Positions 57,605 through 64,000 of a stretch of DNA of 64,000 nucleotides are shown piece by piece. Origin of the DNA: Octopus vulgaris (taxonomy: Eukaryota). The stretch's first letter is position 1. Each line of letters starts with the position of its first letter. The translations under genes were made by a program, and so were the position numbers. Where the stretch lies: positions 13,516,001 to 13,580,000 of the forward strand of contig OX597830.1 in the NCBI GenBank assembly GCA_951406725.2, given 5' to 3'. The notes below the pieces were generated by a model that was not told the DNA's origin, searched no databases, and saw only the letters and a program-made list of their open reading frames with translations.

Positions 57605-57611
<7 letters not shown>
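57111..57611. mobile_element. Double fold-back element with central hammerhead ribozyme
   Basis: Inverted pairs 57111-57141/57307-57337 and 57167-57306/57472-57611; hammerhead at 57399-57444. Confidence 0.8.
57399..57444 (+). ncRNA. Type I hammerhead ribozyme motif
   Basis: cctgga-CTGATGA-c ggg caaga ccc a-GAAA-catgcatg-TC-ttcagg; palindromic stem III acatgcatgt; predicted cleavage 3' of C57438. Confidence 0.75.
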
Positions 57612-57674
<63 letters not shown>

Positions 57675-57677
57675 CAG

Positions 57678-57975
57678 AAATTATGATAGCATACAGAAAG
57701 CTGGTATGATATTGAATGCTCTATAGAGCAAACACGTGTTTCAGGAAAATGCTTAATTATTGCATAATAGTTATAGAAGCGTTAAGCAAATTTATATAAC
57801 GGTGGTATAAACATTATACAATAAAGTTTCATCGTGGAACTTAATGAGGTGCGGTGCTTGATTGCATACTATTTCTACAAACTATTATGCAATTATTAGG
57901 GAATATTACTGAGATGCGTGTATGTTCTAGAAAGCATTGAATACTGTACCATTTTTCATAATGCTATTACAATAT
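57678..57975. mobile_element. MITE-like fold-back element
   Basis: Imperfect inverted arms of about 100 bp, e.g. taattattgcataatagtt / aactattatgcaattatta. Confidence 0.55.
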
Positions 57976-58107
57976 CTATTATTTGGATTGTAATCTGCAT
58001 TCGAGCCTATTCCAAGGTTGACTCACTATGTAGACCCTGGAGTGGGGTATCGAAACCAGTACTGTGCACGATCTTTGGTCCCATGTTGGTTTCTCAGTGC
58101 CTTTTTG

Positions 58108-58169
<62 letters not shown>

Positions 58170-58270
58170 GGAGTAAACACATAAATGTGAAACAAGGTGG
58201 AAAAAAGAGTACTCAAATACCAGAGGTAGAGTAATATGGTTTATTTAAAAGCAGCAGGAATTTAACAAAA

Positions 58271-58308
58271 CTGTCCGACGAACGGGAACGTGAAACTCCG
58301 AGTAACAG
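58271..58308 (+). ncRNA. Type I hammerhead ribozyme motif (U4C core variant) capping a long hairpin
   Basis: ctgt-CCGACGA-acg ggaa cgt-GAAA-ctc c gag-TA-acag; stem I extended by arms 58247-58270 and 58310-58333. Confidence 0.7.
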
Positions 58309-58802
58309 CTTTTGTTAAATTTCTGCTGCTTTATATATATACATACTTTCGTTTCTGTACACGTGTGTGTGGGTGTACACGTGACTCTAGTTTAATATAC
58401 GCCAGCAGCACATTAATTATGCTACCTTGACTCCAATCAGAATATAAGTTAGGCATGTACGAAAAAAAGAAAGAATGTTATGGAGATCGCGTGCCTACCG
58501 TTGTCCTCTTATCTCCAGAAATATCTCTGTGTTTTCCTTCATGAGAACTGCTGATTTTATTCAGATGATCTCCCCTTCTTATTCAAAACCGGCGGCAAGA
58601 TCACCAGGTATTAATCTCCTTCTAAGTGCAGATAACGGCAAGAAATCAAGAAATCCTCTTTAGTATATATTTATTTGTCTTTGCCTTTCAAATGTATGTC
58701 ACTGGTTACTGAATTATTTCTCTGAGCATATTTTAATTACACACACACACACACCTATATATAGAGAGTGAGATAGTGCAGAAGAGGGACAGAGAGAGTG
58801 AT

Positions 58803-58841
<39 letters not shown>

Positions 58842-60566
58842 TTTAAAACATTGCACACACGAATCTATATATTGGTTTCAAAGTTTGGTACAAGGCCAGC
58901 AATATCATGGGAGGTGGCAAATCGATTTCATCGATCCCAGTACTTATTTTATCGACCTCGAAAGGATAAAAGGCAAAGTCGACCTCGGCGTCATTTGAAC
59001 TCAGAGCCCAAAGACGGACGAAACGCTGCTAAGCATTTTGACCGGCGCGGTAACGATTCTGCCAGCTCTCCAACTTAATATATTCATATATCAGCATAAA
59101 AATACAAACAAGAATAATGTTAGTAGAATAAAGACAATCTTTATATGCAAGTCATTAGCAAATCTCAAAGAAGTCTAAATACTTCTCACTCACGGGTTAC
59201 TGCTGGGATATGTTCATCTTGCACCCATTGTTATAATGTGTATTTAACACAGGATGTTTATGAAAAGATTGTCTCTGAGGCAAAAACCTCGACAGCATGT
59301 CTGACGACACGTATGTATAATAAGTATGATATATAAATGGCTATATAAACATATCGTTTTAGGTTAAACTCACCTTCATGCAAAATCGATTTATCGAGTT
59401 AGTAATGATTGTTACTTATTTTCTTTTCCTCTCCCTGAAACTCTGAACTTCTCTGCGAAATATAAAGATTCGTTGAGAAATGATGGTCAGCTTGTAGTAG
59501 AAAATCTATGATAATTTAGTTGCAATTAGACTACAATTTGTTAAGCCTACGCCGTGGACTGCGAGAATACATCTTGTTGTTTATTCGTACACAGAAAAAT
59601 AAAGAGATTGTCTTACGATATTTCATGGATGACAAGTAACGGTATCTCAATTTGTCACAACTAGTTCTTAGTCAAAATGGCTGGACTATTTTGCATATCC
59701 GGTATTTGTCGACGGCGTGATTAAATACACAATGAATCTTTTATGCATAAAATAGAAAAAAGTCTAGCATAAATTCGTTGTAGTTATACAACAGTTTGTT
59801 AAACCTATTCTGTAGAAGATAAAAATGCATCATATTATTCTCCCTGCAAAAGGCGGCAGAATCGTTAGCATGCCGGGCGAAATGCTTTATGTTTTGAGTT
59901 CTGATTCCGCCGAGGTTGACTTTGCCTTTCATCCTTTCGGGGTTGATAAATTAAGTACCAGTCGAGCCCTGGACTCAATGTGATCAGCTGGCCTCCTTCC
60001 CCAAAATTTGTGTCTATAGTCGTGAGGATTATTCTCCTTGCAAATAGAAAAATAAGAAAACATACGCAAGCACACATTTTAGTCTCAGACGGTATAGTTT
60101 GACTATGTAGGGACATCATCAAGCATATATATATATATATATATATGCGGCAAGACACATTTTTCCCTCTGCCCTAAGAAATTTTTCTAACACGCCAGCT
60201 CAAGTTTACTCGTCCTGTCGAAAGACGCCTCTTTGTGACGTCCTGTTTTTGTTATTATTATTATCTTTATTGTTTTTACGTATTATTATTATTGTTTTTA
60301 CGTATTTTTGTATTCATATTCGTATAACATCGTCCGTTTTTCCGTCTTTGTTTTGTATATATTCGAGGCTTTCTTCCAAGGAATCTAATGCGCTTAGCTT
60401 AGATTTTCCTTGCGGCTGGCCAGATTGGAGCAATCTCAAGATTAATCAGCCGAAAGTGCGAGGATGATCCGGTTCTTGACTGAAGATTGAAGGCTTCGAA
60501 TGTCCCGTCCGTGTTTTTTGCATCGTCTTCTAAATGTTTGCGTTTTTGTCCCAGTTTGTATTTTTT

Positions 60567-60614
<48 letters not shown>

Positions 60615-60679
60615 TATATCCATTCATCCATTCATTCATCTTTTCTGTCGAATATTCCTAGGATAGTTGGGCCGGGGAA

Positions 60680-61180
60680 AAGTAAAGTCCCTAGGCAGCA
60701 TCTCCATACAGTCGTAGGGTCCTAACAGGAACAGCCGTCATTACATTTTCCAACTGGATTCCCAAGCGCCACCTACCGAGATTGTTGATACAATGCAGCC
60801 GTCTCGTTGTCGGTGTGTCCCTAGGCATCCTGTCGATTGGCTCGGTTTGAAGAATCCGTCCTGCGATCTTTCCCTCCAGCATTCCGTGGTTATGAACTTC
60901 TTAATACATAGAAACAGTGGCTCGACTTGGTGAGACATCCTGGTTTCCGTGTTGCGCATCCCGTCTAGTAACTTTATTCTAGCGATTTTTCGAATGAGCA
61001 CCACTTGTATTCGTGAGTGTACTCTCGACTGATATAGTGAGTGCATTACTATGCAAGCACATGCAACTCTTGGCTTCAAGTAAGTCTCCTGCTTCCCAAC
61101 ACTTGTGAATACAGTCTCGGGATTCTTCAATTTCTCTACTTGTCTCAGTGATATTTCTTTGAAGAGTTCACTGGAAAGAC

Positions 61181-61183
<3 letters not shown>
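60680..61183 (-). pseudogene. RTE-clade LINE C-terminal relic
   Basis: Reverse complement MLEGKIAGR..RDTPTTRRLHCI resembles LEGKIEGKR.RGRP..RW.D.I. Confidence 0.5.
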
Positions 61184-61256
<73 letters not shown>

Positions 61257-61258
<2 letters not shown>

Positions 61259-62074
61259 CGTAAAATATATTTGCTGATTAAATGTGACGGTCCCATAGAG
61301 AACGATATTACCGTTGTTTTTAGCCCCATATCTCCTCCAGCTGGCTAACAACACACTGTCCGTATCCGTTTCATATTTGCGAGGGAAGTTCATCACTCCC
61401 ATCTCTAGCCTTACATGATACACACAGGCCCGTGTTTCTGGGGTAGTTACCCGTCTTCAGCGTCTGATAATCACCAGTTAGTGATGAAAACTCATTTCAC
61501 TCGCAAAATACTATATGCTCTTTCAAGCGACAACTTGAAACTGATCTCGAAAAAGGAGATATATGCTATATTAGATCTCTCAGCGAGAGGTAAACAGTAA
61601 CAGTACGGAATCGTGAAATATATTTGCCAACTAAACGTGGCGGTCCCGTAGAAAACGATGCTACTGTTGTTTTTAACCGCAGGAAAACATCTCCTCCTGC
61701 TAGTTAACGACGCACTGTCTGTGTCCCATGAGGATTTGCGAGGGGTGTCATCGCTCCCATCTCTAGTCTTACGTGATACACACATACCCGTGTTTCTGGG
61801 TAGTTACCCACTTTCAGAGTGTGATAATCACCACATAGATATAGTCAGATACTGAAAACGGGGTAGAGGTGAGAGCGATGACCTCCTGTCGCAAAGACTA
61901 ATCGGACATAGACTGTATCGTTAGCCAGCTGAAGGAGATGTCTTCCTGGGGCTAAAAACCAACAGTTACATCGTTGTCTATGGGACCGCCACATTTAGTT
62001 GACAAACATATTTTACGATTCCGTACTGTAAGCAGTGTTTACCGCTCTCTCAGAGATTTATTATAACCTATATA
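61257..62074. mobile_element. Tandem ~355-bp units each with a minus-strand hammerhead motif, plus an inverted partial copy
   Basis: Direct copies start at 61257 and 61610; hammerhead motifs at 61421-61466 and 61779-61823; inverted copy 61864-62074; related to the 57.1-57.6 kb element. Confidence 0.78.
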
Positions 62075-62095
62075 TAAATATATATATATATAGGC

Positions 62096-62170
<75 letters not shown>

Positions 62171-62171
62171 C

Positions 62172-62209
<38 letters not shown>

Positions 62210-62974
62210 GTGTGTATGTATGTGTGTGTTATGTGTATGCTAATGGGAAAAGCGTTGACATATATGTGATTTTAAAAATCCCATTTTACATCCGAATAGA
62301 AATTTTACCTGAAAATATGCACATAGAGTGCGTTTTGTTACTTTAGTGACGTTGCAAAACATCTGTTATAAGTGCTTTATGCCTATTTCTTCATTTCCGA
62401 GATAAAAATTTTGTTGTCAGAGGAGATAAATTGAAAAACCAAAACTTATCGAATGATATTCCATTTACATTAACTTGCAACGCATATAACAATGAAAAAA
62501 GAAATGTATGATGCGTTTATAAATGGCCTGTATAGCGTTTCATTAATGCCAGTGGATGTGGGCTGAACGCAGTTTCGGTCTGGGTGAGTTTATTAGGTAT
62601 GCCATGGGGACCCGGTTAGCTCGGAGAATCTGCGCGGAATAGATTAGATATAACACCAGTAAAAATAATGTAGACGCAGTTAAATCCATTGGAGGTAACT
62701 GAACTGAGATGTATATCTAGGGAGTTAGGGGCTGGGATTTGAAGGTAAGCATTCATTGGAGATTGTAGACCGGATAAGCTATATATTACAACAGTCATGT
62801 AGCGGCTATAAAGGTAGCTAGAGAAATGGTTATGCATTTGTTCGATGCATCAGAAGACAGACGAGTGGAAAAAAGAAAATTTAATAAATAATGGCGAAGA
62901 AAATGGTATATAAAATATGGACAATAGCTTTCCATAGCGACTTCCTTCTCAAACAACTTAACGGGAAATGCCAA

Positions 62975-63315
<341 letters not shown>

Positions 63316-64000
63316 GGAAAGAAATTGAGGAATATGTGTGGGTGTGTGTATGAGGGCACGCCTGTTTGAATATGTATATATATTCATATGCATACATATA
63401 TATAAATATGTAGAAATCCAATTTCAAACATGAAGAAAACCGGATTATTACAGACATGTAGTGAAACACAGAAATATAGTAGCGAAACGCACTCTAGAAC
63501 AGACACACACATGCACACACATACATATACACCTAACACAGACAGACAAACACACACACACGCACAAATACACCCTACATATTTACACACTTAGACATAG
63601 AAAGGCCGAAATCTGAACAGACACAGAGATACACATGTCGGCACAAAACAACAGCAACAATAATAACAACAACATTAACAACAAGCGGAACGCATTAAAA
63701 CCTTCTTTAAATTAAATTCAGTTAAAAGCAAACTCGGTTGAATGAAAAGAATTTACAAAAATAAACTAAATAAGAAAGTAAAAAAAAAACAAAAAAAAAA
63801 CAAAAGAACACAATGAAAATAATAAGTAAAAATAAAAAAATAAAAGAAACAATTGGAATAAATTTTTTAAAATTGTAAAATTATCATAGAACAATGAATG
63901 AGATGAAAAAGAAGAAGAAGAAGAAGAAGAAGAAGAAGAAAAATGTGAGGCGAAGTATGAGGAAGAGATGATGAGGGAAGAAGGACGAAGAGGAGGGACA

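Overview
AT-rich eukaryotic (animal) genomic DNA dense in microsatellites ((TA)n, (CA)n, (TACA)n, (TATC)n, (AAT)n). I cannot support any host protein-coding exon. The tRNA-derived SINE families and repeat landscape resemble octopus/coleoid cephalopod DNA, which is an inference. The window is a set of decayed mobile elements: at least three tRNA-derived SINE families, R4/Dong-clade restriction-like-endonuclease (RLE) retrotransposons in (AAT)n tracts, CR1-, RTE- and HERO-like LINE relics, Penelope-like relics, Tc1/mariner relics and MITEs, and three non-autonomous Helitrons. Four signals stand out. (i) About ten minimal type I hammerhead-ribozyme motifs occur, most inside 100-500 bp fold-back or tandem units (Penelope pseudo-LTR or retrozyme-like), some with non-canonical cores. 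(ii) An HDV-like ribozyme fold lies at the 5' end of a Dong element. (iii) A near full-length 5S rRNA copy is fused to the SINE 3' tail, a possible 5S-derived SINE. (iv) A reiterated snap-back structure lies at a Dong 5' junction. Almost all ORFs in the supplied track are simple-repeat artefacts. All structures were read by eye and family names are unverified by search.
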